From positions 1,135 to 65,134 of IMG/VR virus record IMGVR_UViG_3300050498_000117: a DNA stretch of 64,000 nucleotides; one strand, 5' to 3'. Position 1 is the first letter of the stretch. Every line of letters begins with the position of its first letter. Under the pieces are notes generated by a model. That model was not told where the DNA came from. It made no database searches and was given only the letters and a program-made list of their open reading frames with translations. The position numbers were made by a program, and so were the translations under genes. Positions 38,367 to 48,109 of this stretch are shown here, in pieces. Origin of the DNA: a virus. Taxonomy: Duplodnaviria; Caudoviricetes.

Positions 38367-38773
38367 GACGCCCTACCGTCGACCGGGGGCAGGGTAGTGA
38401 TCCGGCGGGCGGAGGTCTTCTTCGCCCGCCGGGCCGCCCGGTTGTCGTCCGCCCCGTCGCTCCACAGCCGCAGGATTGTGATCAGTAGGCCCATGACTTC
38501 TTCACCTGTGAAGGTCGAGTCGGCCATCCTGTCCTCGATCCAATCCCAGTCGGCCTGGTCGTGGATGAGGGCAGCGATGAGGGTGAACAGCCGATTGAGC
38601 GCCGAAAGCTGACGCGCGAACTGGGCGGCGTTCGCCGGGTCGGCCTCCTCGCCGTAGTTCCGGCGCCAGAAGCCCATCCGCACCAGCACAGCCAACTGAC
38701 CTTCGTTGGGCTTGACGGTCTGGATGGTGCGGCCCCCGAACTCGACCGGCCGGGTCTCCGTCTGCTCTGTCAT
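38363..38773 (-). CDS. Tail assembly chaperone
   Basis: Position; coupled GTGA overlap. Confidence 0.6.
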   Translation of the reverse strand: MTEQTETRPVEFGGRTIQTVKPNEGQLAVLVRMGFWRRNYGEEADPANAAQFARQLSALNRLFTLIAALIHDQADWDWIEDRMADSTFTGEEVMGLLITILRLWSDGADDNRAARRAKKTSARRITTLPPVDGRAS

Positions 38774-38782
38774 GACAGCAGC

Positions 38783-39238
38783 TTACGACCCTGGAGGCCG
38801 GGTCACATGCAGCCGGAACCCTGCCGGTCCGGCGATCTCGTACAGCGCGGTACGCAGCCAAGGGCGCCCCCGCGCGGGTGGGATCCGCACCTGGAGCCGG
38901 TAGTAGACCTTCCCGCCAACAACGAACCGCAGCGCCGCCCGTCGGCGAGGGTTCCGCCGGGACCGGAACCGCTTCGGTAGGACGACGTAGCCGCCGTGCC
39001 CCTCATGGACAACGGCTGCATAGTTGACCTTCACGGTTACCGTGCCGATGACCCTGTCCCCCCGTGTGCGGACGTTGGGGGTGTGTCTGCTACGGAGGGT
39101 CCCTGTACGGACCGGGGACAGCACCTTGGCCCGGTTGTTTACCCGGTTGGTCAGGAGGGTGATGTACCGACCGGAGTCAGCCGCCAGTACCCTCCGCAGC
39201 TCCTCCCGGGCCATCCGCACCCGTATCTTCGCTGGCAT
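38783..39238 (-). CDS. HK97 gp10-like neck protein
   Basis: AKVLSPVRTGTLR...YAAVVHEG...PWLRTAL. Confidence 0.8.
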   Translation of the reverse strand: MPAKIRVRMAREELRRVLAADSGRYITLLTNRVNNRAKVLSPVRTGTLRSRHTPNVRTRGDRVIGTVTVKVNYAAVVHEGHGGYVVLPKRFRSRRNPRRRAALRFVVGGKVYYRLQVRIPPARGRPWLRTALYEIAGPAGFRLHVTRPPGS

Positions 39239-39391
39239 CCCAGACCACCTCCAGGTAGCCGGCCGCGATCCGGGCTTCGATGAACGGTTCCAGCTCGACG
39301 GTGGCCTGCTCACCCTCATCCATCAGATCGAAACTGCGGGTAGCACGCACCCGCACCATCTTCGGCTCCTCCGGCGGCTTTGCCTTGACTG

Positions 39392-39922
39392 TCACGGTGC
39401 TGGCTCCTCACACTCGTCGCAGGGCAGCACCTCGACCGTAATCGACAGCGTCCCCCCGACACACCTGCCTTCCGGGCCTATCGGTTGCCACTCCCCGAAG
39501 CTGACCAGCCGGTTGGGGTCTCCGGTAGCGAAGCAGCACGCTACTGCCTGCCGCATCGCCATCGCGTCTTCCATCATCAGGTTGTGGGCTGCGGTCCACT
39601 CCTCACACGTCGGGAGCGTCTCCGCTGTACCAACCGGGGCACAGCGGACCGCCCCCAGCTCCAGATCCAACCGCCACTGCGTCGGCAGGCAGCGGGTGGG
39701 CTGCTCCTCCGGGCCGGGGAATCCCGCGCCCCAATTCACCACCCGCACCCACCCCAACCCGGAGCAGCATTCATCTTGGGTGAGGGAGATCCCGTAAGCG
39801 ACCTCCCCCGGACGTATGCAGCAATCGGCTACCGGGGTGCTGACGAGCTGAAGCTGTGTGCAGTAGCAGTCCTTCAACGCCTGGACAACCGGCGCGAAGG
39901 TGAGATCGATCAGCGCCATCAC
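39392..39922 (-). CDS. Tail terminator-like protein
   Basis: Cys-rich cluster-B-like sequence; position. Confidence 0.6.
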   Translation of the reverse strand: MMALIDLTFAPVVQALKDCYCTQLQLVSTPVADCCIRPGEVAYGISLTQDECCSGLGWVRVVNWGAGFPGPEEQPTRCLPTQWRLDLELGAVRCAPVGTAETLPTCEEWTAAHNLMMEDAMAMRQAVACCFATGDPNRLVSFGEWQPIGPEGRCVGGTLSITVEVLPCDECEEPAP

Positions 39923-40767
39923 GCGGTCCAGGTCGTGATACGCGGCTCAGGCATGTCGATGTTGGACACCCGGGGACGCTGCCGCAACCGGTTCGGGTTG
40001 ACAGCCACTAGCCACCGGTCAGCAGTGAGCAGCCCAGTGCGGTATTCGCTGAACTCGTCGGCGGCGGCGATCAGCTCCATCGACACCCCCTGCCGGGTCA
40101 ACGACGACACCCGTTCCGGGAGGAGACAGTCACCGGCCGCGCAAGCCTTAGCGAAGGAGCACGCCAGTGCGCCCGCCGCAAGCTGCCCACCTACCGGCAC
40201 CGGGGTGCCGCGCGTGTAGGTCACCACGAACGTGTTCTCCGCCGACCCGGCCGGAACGTCGAAGTTCTGGCACTCCGGCCAACACTCACCATCCTGCCGC
40301 ACCAGCAGGTAGCCGTTGTCGATCCGGTAAGCCGCTTCGGGGATGACCGCGTTGTCGACGCGCACCTCGATGACGGAGCTGGCCGGGCCGGGCAGGGCTA
40401 CCTCGCAGGAGGCGCCGCAGCAGCAGACACCGCAACATCCGCAGTTACGCCAATCGCCTCCAGAGTCGACCCACGGCCACCAGCTCCTGCCGCCACCGTC
40501 TCCCCAGTGTGAGTCCATCCACACGCCCCACGTTTCGTAGCTGCGGCCGGTGCAGCGGCTGTAGCAGGGGCGGACGGTGAGCTGACACAGACCGAACTGC
40601 CGGCCCGACAACGCCCACAGGATCTCCGTTGCGTAGGCGGTAGCCGTCTCCTGCTGATCGACTGTGTACGCCGTCTCCCAGTCGGGGCAACACGAGGTGT
40701 TGATGGTCCAGGCGCATGGCGCCGCGCCCGCTGCGGACGGGGCACCAAGGGGGGGCAGGACAGGCAT
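39919..40767 (-). CDS. Head-to-tail adaptor
   Basis: ATEILWALSGRQFGLC..TVRPC, LTRQGVS. Confidence 0.7.
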   Translation of the reverse strand: MPVLPPLGAPSAAGAAPCAWTINTSCCPDWETAYTVDQQETATAYATEILWALSGRQFGLCQLTVRPCYSRCTGRSYETWGVWMDSHWGDGGGRSWWPWVDSGGDWRNCGCCGVCCCGASCEVALPGPASSVIEVRVDNAVIPEAAYRIDNGYLLVRQDGECWPECQNFDVPAGSAENTFVVTYTRGTPVPVGGQLAAGALACSFAKACAAGDCLLPERVSSLTRQGVSMELIAAADEFSEYRTGLLTADRWLVAVNPNRLRQRPRVSNIDMPEPRITTWTA

Positions 40768-40782
40768 GGGTCACCTCCTGGC

Positions 40783-41697
40783 TCAGGCTAGCGGGAAGGT
40801 GAGGCCATCAAGGTTGATCTCGGCGTTGAGTCCTATCGCCGCGCGGACGGAGATGGTGCCGTCGGGGTCGATGTCGAGGAACGTGCCGACAGCTCCAGCG
40901 CCGCCGGTTCGGAAGCTGTACGTGTTCCGGAACGGTGGGCGATGCGTAGGTGGGCCAGCCGTAAGGGTGACCAGCGTCGCGTCCCCGGCGATAGCGCCGC
41001 CGATCGCCAACGCCCCCCGCAGCCGCACCACAGCCAGTAGCGGGTCTAGGCGACTACTGGCTTGCGGGTATACGCCTCCAGTGGAGGTGACGTTGACTCC
41101 TAGCGCCAACGCAACCCAGGCGCCGGGTGGGGTGTTGGAGCCGGCAACCGTCCCCACCGCCACCATGTCCCCAGCCGCCGTCACATGCCAGCGAACGGTG
41201 TTGTCGGACAGGGTTGCCTCGAGGATGTGCACGGTCGGGTTGTCGACCTCAGCGTTGGGGAACGCCTGGAAGCGGGCGGCTACCCGGTTGTTCGCGGAGG
41301 CGCGGGAGCGGATCTCGCCGAACTCGTTGAAGTAGCCGGTGCGGGTACCGGCGTTCTGCATCTTCAGCAGGTCTTCCGCCGTGCCCGGGTCGACCATCGT
41401 GGGTCGATCCAAGATCACGCTGTGGTCTTCGTCGATGCTCATCTGCCGCAGCCCGTCGTTACCGACCACCCGGAAGGTGTGGCCTTCCGCGTGCATCCAG
41501 TATTCGTCCGGGGCGGCATGGAACATGATCATCCCCGCGCCATCCGTGATCAGCGGGTTAGGCGCGGGGATGGTCATGGCGACGTCGGAGAAGATCGTTG
41601 CGGGGGCGGCGACGTTACGGCGGAAGATCCGGACCGGTACACCCGACGCGATGGTGCCGTCGGTGCGCGTGAAGATCTCCGGCCCGTACTGCGCCAT
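40783..41697 (-). CDS. Virion structural/fibre-like protein
   Basis: Beta-rich; C-terminal VVRLRG...LDG..F domain. Confidence 0.55.
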   Translation of the reverse strand: MAQYGPEIFTRTDGTIASGVPVRIFRRNVAAPATIFSDVAMTIPAPNPLITDGAGMIMFHAAPDEYWMHAEGHTFRVVGNDGLRQMSIDEDHSVILDRPTMVDPGTAEDLLKMQNAGTRTGYFNEFGEIRSRASANNRVAARFQAFPNAEVDNPTVHILEATLSDNTVRWHVTAAGDMVAVGTVAGSNTPPGAWVALALGVNVTSTGGVYPQASSRLDPLLAVVRLRGALAIGGAIAGDATLVTLTAGPPTHRPPFRNTYSFRTGGAGAVGTFLDIDPDGTISVRAAIGLNAEINLDGLTFPLA

Positions 41698-41703
41698 CAG
41701 AAC

Positions 41704-42264
41704 TCACACGTTGTACGGCAGGCGGATGGTGAAGCTGCCGAACTGGGTGGGCGCGTCCGCGTCGGTGATGGTGATGGTGAACTCACCCGGGCCGGGGTAA
41801 GTGTGGTTCGCGGTGCCGGTCTGCGCCACACCCAACGTGGACGTGTTGTCACCCCAGTCGACGTTGACGTTGCCCGCCGCCAGGTTGTCCACCGTCAGGG
41901 TCACCGTGTACGGATTGCCGGCCACGTTGAACGCGCTGATCGACCCGTTGGGCTGCGCCGCGCTCGACGGGCAGGTGTTCACGTTCTGCGTGGTCGTTCC
42001 CGTGGCCACCCCGCCGTTCACCGCGTTGTAGATCACGTTGGAGCCGGCCACATAGCCGGCCACGACATCCGTCCCGCCCCGCTTCAGCAGCAGCGCGCCC
42101 TTGCCCGCGATCACCGCTTCCGGGATCACAATCATCGGGTAGCGCCCCGCCGTGTCGAGGCCGATCTTGCCCTTGTCGGTCAGCGCCCAACAGAGGACAC
42201 GCTGCGCCACGGCCGTGAGCTGGCCGTACGCGTCGACCGCAATGCGAACAGATCCACCAGCCAT
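41704..42264 (-). CDS. PKD/Ig-like domain virion protein
   Basis: VDWGDNT...HTYPGPGEFTITITD. Confidence 0.7.
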   Translation of the reverse strand: MAGGSVRIAVDAYGQLTAVAQRVLCWALTDKGKIGLDTAGRYPMIVIPEAVIAGKGALLLKRGGTDVVAGYVAGSNVIYNAVNGGVATGTTTQNVNTCPSSAAQPNGSISAFNVAGNPYTVTLTVDNLAAGNVNVDWGDNTSTLGVAQTGTANHTYPGPGEFTITITDADAPTQFGSFTIRLPYNV

Positions 42265-42274
42265 GTCGATCTCC

Positions 42275-42982
42275 TTACGCGAGAGTGGTGCAGCCGCAGG
42301 CAGCGGCGGGAGGAGCGGCGGTGACCCGCTCGAAATGGTCGTGGTCGAGGGGGCCGATCGCGGTCAGCAGCGGTTCCAGTACACCCGTCATCGCGTCCCG
42401 CCGCACCAGGTACGTCGAGTGTCCCGTACCCCACGGGCTGCCAATCTGCGTACGGGCATTGGTGACGTTGAACGACACGGCGCCGTTTTCGAACGTCAAG
42501 TCACCGGGGGTGCCTTCCACAATCCACGGCGCCAGGTAGTAGCCGTAGGGCTGGTTGGTGGCGGAGCACGCCTCCTGGGCCAGGCGGGTCCACACCTCCA
42601 ACCCGAAGCTTGTGGTGCCTACCCCGGCGTCACCTTCCCGTGTGCGGAACCCCACCGCCTGCGCGGTGGGGGTGGCGTCGTTGAGGACAACAGTCGACCC
42701 GGTGACCATCGAGTACAGCTCGGGGTCGACCTCACAGAACGTGATGTTGAACGTGAACCACTTGAACTGGGCCCGACGCCGATCTTTCAGGCAGATGTCG
42801 CCGTTGGCGTTGAGCACCACGATCTCGGTCGGGTCCTCGTACTCGGCCGTCCGCTCGATCGACACAAAGCCGCTAGACACGATCGAGCAAGACGGCGCGC
42901 CTGTGAGGATCGTGCCGCACGAGTCGAGCTTGGTGGCACGCATCCGCGTGCCCCCCACCGGCTTCATGCAGATAGACGGCAT
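42275..42982 (-). CDS. Major tail protein
   Basis: RATKLDSCG, NANGDIC, FCEVDP; cluster-B-like. Confidence 0.8.
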   Translation of the reverse strand: MPSICMKPVGGTRMRATKLDSCGTILTGAPSCSIVSSGFVSIERTAEYEDPTEIVVLNANGDICLKDRRRAQFKWFTFNITFCEVDPELYSMVTGSTVVLNDATPTAQAVGFRTREGDAGVGTTSFGLEVWTRLAQEACSATNQPYGYYLAPWIVEGTPGDLTFENGAVSFNVTNARTQIGSPWGTGHSTYLVRRDAMTGVLEPLLTAIGPLDHDHFERVTAAPPAAACGCTTLA

Positions 42983-42986
42983 GGCG

Positions 42987-43301
42987 TTACTCCTTGGCTT
43001 CCTCGGCAAGGGCGATTTCGGCCTTCAGCCGCTCCTCACCCCAACGCCCGTCGACCTTGCCGCCCAGCTCCTCCAGCCGGGCCCGCAGCGCGGGCACATC
43101 CGCGTTGTCGGCGTCGGCGTCGGGGGTCTGCTGTTCCTCCACCGTGCCGGCGTACTTCGCGGCAAGGTCGTCGGGTACGTCGATCGCATGCACGTCCGGC
43201 ACCCAGACCACCACGCGCGGGTTGTCCGGCACCATCGCCAGCAGCTTGCCCAACACCTCGGCGGGGTCTTGGTCCTGTCCCAGGTAGATACGACTAGTCA
43301 T
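42987..43301 (-). CDS. Small protein with C-terminal VDGRW helix-turn motif
   Basis: LGGKVDGRWGEERLKAEI. Confidence 0.6.
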   Translation of the reverse strand: MTSRIYLGQDQDPAEVLGKLLAMVPDNPRVVVWVPDVHAIDVPDDLAAKYAGTVEEQQTPDADADNADVPALRARLEELGGKVDGRWGEERLKAEIALAEEAKE

Positions 43302-44134
43302 GCCGGAAGGGTCACCTCCACCGCTGCAATGCAGCACTCAACGGTGATCGCGTAGTTGCGTTCGACGAGAACGAAGTGCTGGTTGAGGGTGCGGTTGAAC
43401 GTCTGCCGGGCCGGTGGGATGTGCACGTCGTCGGAAGCCCAGATGATCACGCGTCCGGTGGCGTACATCCACTCTGTCGTCGCGGTAGGAGGATCGTTGG
43501 CTACACCGTTGCCGGAGTAGCCATCGCCGAAGACCACCGTGTTGCCCCGGTACGTCTTGACCAACTGCCCGTCCTGCCGGAGCTGGTTCGCGAACGCTAG
43601 ATGCGCCGCCATCCGAGGCCGGGCGTGGATCAGGCCAGGCAGCCCGTAACAGTCCGCGATGTGCTGCTCGAGCAGCGCCATCCCGTTGACGGGGGACGTC
43701 GCCGCGCCCAGGTTGGTGACAGCCGGGGCGGTTACATCGTGCAGGTAGTCCGGGACGTCGACCGCGTCCACGCCCCAAAACGCCGTTTCGATACCGCGCT
43801 GCTCGGCTGCTTTGAACCTGCGGAGCGCGCGACCTTCCAACCCTTCCCAAGCGTCAGCTCCAAGGCTGCCGCAGTTGAGGGTCGCGTAGACAATGAACGG
43901 CATCGACGTGTTGAAGGCATCGGCGCCGTCGAAGGTCTTCGCTGGTGGGGTGGCGTCGCACAGCGCCGGGTACACCCGGGCGTCAGCGCAAACCTCCGGT
44001 ACGAACTGCGTCCCCCCGCCAATCCCGTGCGGAGGCAGCGGGATTGGGCCTAGGGCCGCCGTCAGCAGCCCGTAGCTGGCCGCCGGCGCGGGAGGAACCG
44101 GAACCCGGAACGGCGGAAGCAGTGGACTCGTCAC
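43298..44134 (-). CDS. Capsid-associated structural protein
   Basis: Directly after MCP; cluster-B-like. Confidence 0.65.
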   Translation of the reverse strand: MTSPLLPPFRVPVPPAPAASYGLLTAALGPIPLPPHGIGGGTQFVPEVCADARVYPALCDATPPAKTFDGADAFNTSMPFIVYATLNCGSLGADAWEGLEGRALRRFKAAEQRGIETAFWGVDAVDVPDYLHDVTAPAVTNLGAATSPVNGMALLEQHIADCYGLPGLIHARPRMAAHLAFANQLRQDGQLVKTYRGNTVVFGDGYSGNGVANDPPTATTEWMYATGRVIIWASDDVHIPPARQTFNRTLNQHFVLVERNYAITVECCIAAVEVTLPA

Positions 44135-44195
44135 CTACGCCCCTCCTTCCCGGGGCCGGGCCCCCGGGTTGCCCCGGGGGCTTCAACCGTCAGGG

Positions 44196-45854
44196 TCACG
44201 CGCAGACGAACGCGGTAGTGCTGGAGGTGGTGCCGGACGCGCAGAAGGTGACCTCGACAACACGGCTGCCGCCGTTGCACACCTGCGCAACGAGCACGCC
44301 TTCCTCCGTGAACAGCGCGGTGTAGCGGTTCGTGGAGAGGTTGGTGCTGTCGTAGATGGTGTCGAGGCGAATGGTGTCGTCGGAGCCCCGCAGCCACGTG
44401 CCGGCCGGGTAGGCGAGGAAGAAGACGCTGTTCGGCCAGGAGGTCAGCGGGGCCGCGCCGCCGGGGCCCGCCGCCAGACCGCTGAACGCGTCCTGCCAGT
44501 CGTACACGTACTGGAGCCGCGCGCCTCGGGTGGTGAAGTGCGCGGCGATCATCGCGTCAGTGACGTTGACGAACTCGACGCCCGTCCGCCGGCTGAGGTC
44601 CGCTCGCATGACTGCGGTGGCCCAGTGCGGCAGCACAATCTCCACCGTCTGCCCGAACCCCATCCGGTTGCGGTACCGGATGTCCTCGACCGTCAACTCG
44701 ACAGCGGCCAGGAGGCCGGAGGTGGCGGAGGTGTCCAGCGGCACGTCGATCGGCGGGTTGAGGTCGACCACCGTGCTGCCGGCGACCATCTGCGCAATCA
44801 CAAACGCGTTGAGCCGGTGCATGTGTGCAACCAGCGCGCCCCGGATGAACCGCTGCACCAGCTCTGGGTAGCCCCGGCGCTGGAGGATGCTGCCGGTGAT
44901 GCAGACACCTTCGACTTCCAGCCGGGTGTCGGTGAACGCCGGGCAGGGGATCTCCATGCAGGGCTTGACCGTGTTGGCGATGACCTGCGCCTCGGTCTGG
45001 TGGAAGTAGCCGGCGCCACCGAAGATCGTCGCGAAGTCCGGGCCGGGCGTGAACCGCAGACCACCCCGCGTGATCTGGACCTCAGGAATGTCGATCATTC
45101 CCTCGCCGGTCTCCAGCTCACACAGGTCGTAGATGGTCTGGGAGGGGGCGCACCAGCCGGCCGCCGCCGTCAGGGAACCGCCGGGAAGCCGACTCTCGTC
45201 AACGGCGAACTGGACGAGCTTCTCGTCGTCGTCGCCCTTGGAGATCAGATCCTCCTGGAAGTTCCGCTTGATGACCGCGATGCCGTGCCGGCCAGGCGAG
45301 ACACCGTAGGTGGCGAGCCGGCGCTCTGCGGCCTTCGCCACATCCAGCCAAGACCCGAACGCCATCGCACCCGCATCAGGGGACGTCAGGACCATGTCGC
45401 TGAAGTTCAGGTCGCTCACGGGGGCGGGAGCTGCCGGGGCGCGCCGAGCGACGGCAGCAACACGAGGGGCGGTGCGGGCCCGCGCGCCGGCCGTGACCGC
45501 AGCAGGTTCCTCCACGGGCCGGTCGGACTCCTCGGTCTCTTCGACCTCCTCGGTCTCCGGCTCCAGTTCGGCGGCGAGGGAGGCGTGCGCGGACGCACGC
45601 GAGGCGCGTGCGGTGCGTTCCGCCTGCACGCCGCGCACGATGTCACGCAAAGACTCCAGAGAGCTGATGTCGTCATCGGTGACGGTGTCGGGGGCCTTGT
45701 CCCGGATAGGACCGGCGGTGGCCTTGGCCTGGGTCTCCAGGTCGGCCAGCTCGGCGACGGTCAATCCGCCAAGGTGTGCAGAACGCTCGTCCGGCGTCAT
45801 GCCGGCAAACGACGCAAGGAACTCGGAGAAGTCCACGGGGGTGCTCCTGGGCAT
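44196..45854 (-). CDS. Major capsid protein with N-terminal scaffold region
   Basis: AAAGWCAPSQTIYDLC...PEVQITRGG motif of cluster-B-type capsids. Confidence 0.9.
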   Translation of the reverse strand: MPRSTPVDFSEFLASFAGMTPDERSAHLGGLTVAELADLETQAKATAGPIRDKAPDTVTDDDISSLESLRDIVRGVQAERTARASRASAHASLAAELEPETEEVEETEESDRPVEEPAAVTAGARARTAPRVAAVARRAPAAPAPVSDLNFSDMVLTSPDAGAMAFGSWLDVAKAAERRLATYGVSPGRHGIAVIKRNFQEDLISKGDDDEKLVQFAVDESRLPGGSLTAAAGWCAPSQTIYDLCELETGEGMIDIPEVQITRGGLRFTPGPDFATIFGGAGYFHQTEAQVIANTVKPCMEIPCPAFTDTRLEVEGVCITGSILQRRGYPELVQRFIRGALVAHMHRLNAFVIAQMVAGSTVVDLNPPIDVPLDTSATSGLLAAVELTVEDIRYRNRMGFGQTVEIVLPHWATAVMRADLSRRTGVEFVNVTDAMIAAHFTTRGARLQYVYDWQDAFSGLAAGPGGAAPLTSWPNSVFFLAYPAGTWLRGSDDTIRLDTIYDSTNLSTNRYTALFTEEGVLVAQVCNGGSRVVEVTFCASGTTSSTTAFVCA

Positions 45855-45952
45855 GGTTGAGCGAACGGAAGGAGGTTCCGGTCACTGTCCCCGGCCGGCT
45901 CACAGCTCAGCACCCGCGACGTGATCTGGATGGAGAGTAGCCCTTTGGGCAC

Positions 45953-45997
45953 AAAAAAAGCCAGCTCCCGGCCGCGCGGCGCGCGGGGGAGCTGGCT
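45953..45997 (-). terminator. Rho-independent terminator
   Basis: AGCCAGCTCCC/GGGAGCTGGCT stem followed by 7 T on the minus strand. Confidence 0.85.
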
Positions 45998-46056
45998 CTT
46001 GGGAAGATACGGGCGGAAGGAGGACCGCCCGTCGCGGCCCGTCCTGGTCAGTCTAG

Positions 46057-46278
46057 CTAGTCGGTGGTGTCCCGGCGGGACGGCGACCCGGCGTGAATCT
46101 GGTTGGGATCGTTTCGGCTGAGCGTGGCCGCGAACCCACGGGGCATGTGGGTGAGGGCGTAGACGAGCGCGCCACGCATCCACTCTGACCGGTTGACGCC
46201 TTCCGCCTCCACGGCCGCGTCGAGCAGGTCCAGCAACGTGCTGTCGATCTTTGTTCCCACGATGAACGTCTTAGCCAT
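46057..46278 (-). CDS. Ribbon-helix-helix (CopG-like) DNA-binding protein
   Basis: FIVGTKID..LL..LD..VEAEGVNRSEWMRGAL. Confidence 0.75.
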   Translation of the reverse strand: MAKTFIVGTKIDSTLLDLLDAAVEAEGVNRSEWMRGALVYALTHMPRGFAATLSRNDPNQIHAGSPSRRDTTD

Positions 46279-46281
46279 GCG

Positions 46282-46722
46282 TCAGACGTTCCCCTCGTTC
46301 CGGTAGAACTCATTCCGTTGATACAGGTACGCCCCGACATACACGGTCAGGAAGCCAACGGGTTCGCTCAGCTCCCGGACGGTCTGACGCACGTACCGCT
46401 CGGTAGCCCCGGAGATGGTGAAGTCATCGACGAACAGCCAGCGCTGCCCGAGCGTGCCCTCCGCGCGTTGGTTGTGCGCGTCCGCGTGACGGGAATGCCC
46501 GGAGCGCCGGACGATGCACCAGTTCAGGTTCAGCAGCCGGCCGAGGCACGGCACAACCAACGCCCCCGACAGTCCGGTCCCTACGAGGGTGTCGTAGGTG
46601 TGGCCCTGCGTCTCGTCCTGCATGCGCAGGGCGAGGTCGCGGGGGTCGTCGAAGGCGCGGGGGAAGTAGGTGTCGGGGCGGAAGCTGAGGTGATCCTCGC
46701 CCACGATGTACGTGACTGTCAT
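46282..46722 (-). CDS. Type I phosphoribosyltransferase-like protein
   Basis: VGTGLSG and PRPP-binding LFVDDFTISGAT; AGGAGG RBS. Confidence 0.8.
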   Translation of the reverse strand: MTVTYIVGEDHLSFRPDTYFPRAFDDPRDLALRMQDETQGHTYDTLVGTGLSGALVVPCLGRLLNLNWCIVRRSGHSRHADAHNQRAEGTLGQRWLFVDDFTISGATERYVRQTVRELSEPVGFLTVYVGAYLYQRNEFYRNEGNV

Positions 46723-46792
46723 TGACACCTCCTGTATGTCTAAGGCAGACAGCATACAGCCCCCGGGTCCTCACAGACACGGGGGCTGCAAA

Positions 46793-47331
46793 CTAGCTCA
46801 CGTCGACTGGACGGACGGTCAACTCCACACTGACGGGCTGCCCCATCAGGTCCCACGCCCAACCCTTCAAGTAGAAGACATGCACAACCGGCTTCTGACC
46901 GGGCTCGGGCCGGTCCTCGTAGAACGCGGCGCTACCCGCCTTGGTGACGTGAGAGAGGTAGAACGTCGCCCTGACTTCCTCCATTCACAGCTCCTCATGC
47001 GATTCGAGCCAACGGAGCACAGCGCGCCGCGTCTCGGGAACTCCGCCCGTTGACAGCACGTCGGCCAGCAGGCCCAGCTCCTGCCGGGCAGCGTCAGTAG
47101 GCAAAGCTGCGTACACCGTGTCGAGACGCTCGTAGATCTCCTTTCCGCTCATCGGACCTTCTCGTCGATCTGGATCACGACGGCCACCCGGCCGCCGTCG
47201 AACTGACCTGTCGAGATAGTCCCGACGTTGAACCACTGGCCGTCGTGCGACTCAATGACCACGGGCAGGTGCCCGCCATAGTTGTCCAGGCCATCACGCA
47301 CGTTGTCGACGGTGTTCTCCTCGTTGATCAC
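46793..47331 (-). other. Three small hypothetical CDSs (46793-46984, 46985-47152, 47149-47331)
   Basis: Coupled ORFs. Confidence 0.55.
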
Positions 47332-47358
47332 GAACCCCTCCTTAGGTTCTTGCTGAGC

Positions 47359-47435
47359 GTGTGACGACGGGATTCGAACCCGCACCCGGTACCGGCCAAC
47401 GGCTTTCCCTGTGCTGCCACTTACACCACGTCACG
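47359..47435 (-). ncRNA. tRNA-like RNA with remodelled anticodon arm
   Basis: CGTGACG/CGTCACA acceptor, D arm GTGT-AAGTGGCA-GCAC, T arm GCGGG-TTCGAAT-CCCGT; 22-nt irregular central arm. Confidence 0.65.
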
Positions 47436-48109
47436 GTCCCCGGAGTCCCTGGCCTTCAGCGTCGCGACAGGGCCCCTTCGCGTACGCCTACCCTCCAGTC
47501 CCCAGGGAGCTATCTGTGTCTTCGACGCAGGCCAGCTCATACCAGCGCCGGCCTCGCTCGTTGCCCTCCCGTAGGAGCGAGGGCAGTCTGTACGCAAACA
47601 AGGTCGCCAACACTGCGTAGAGGACATTGGCCCACGGAACCCAGCCCATCACGGAACCTTGCCAGTCGTACCCTCGCTCGGGTCTGCCCTGAGCGCCTCG
47701 ATCATCTCCGGGTGGTTGAGTTCGGCCTGGAGCCTGTCAGCGGCCCTGCGCAGGGCCGCCTTCCGTTCCTCTGGCGTCATCTCACCAAACGTCTTGCCGC
47801 TCATCCGATGGCTCCCCGAAGCAACCGCGCATCGGCCAACAGGAACTGGTAGACCTGATCGCAGGTAACCAGCTCCGGATCATGGAACTCGGCACACCCG
47901 TAGCACAGAGGGTGAGCCAGCGGCCTGCCCTCGGCGGCGGCTGCCTCCGCGCGCAGCTCTTGGTGGGCGATAGCCAACCCGTGCAGGTACGCGTCCTCCG
48001 CCGCATAAGCGGCAGCGCACTCGTCGTTCATGTCGTGCTCCTTCTGTTGGTCGCTGATTGACCTGGGACGTGCCCGGCGAGAATCCTCGCCGGGCACTAC
48101 CCTCCGGGC

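Noticed and set aside
37815-38773. Programmed frameshift between tail chaperones
   Set aside because: The genes are joined by a plain GTGA overlap; no convincing slippery heptamer seen.
41185-45860. Long + strand ORFs opposite structural genes (e.g. 44169-45860, 42152-43297; similarly 51142-52818)
   Set aside because: Shadow ORFs of high-GC codon bias; Arg/Gly/Pro-rich with no motifs.
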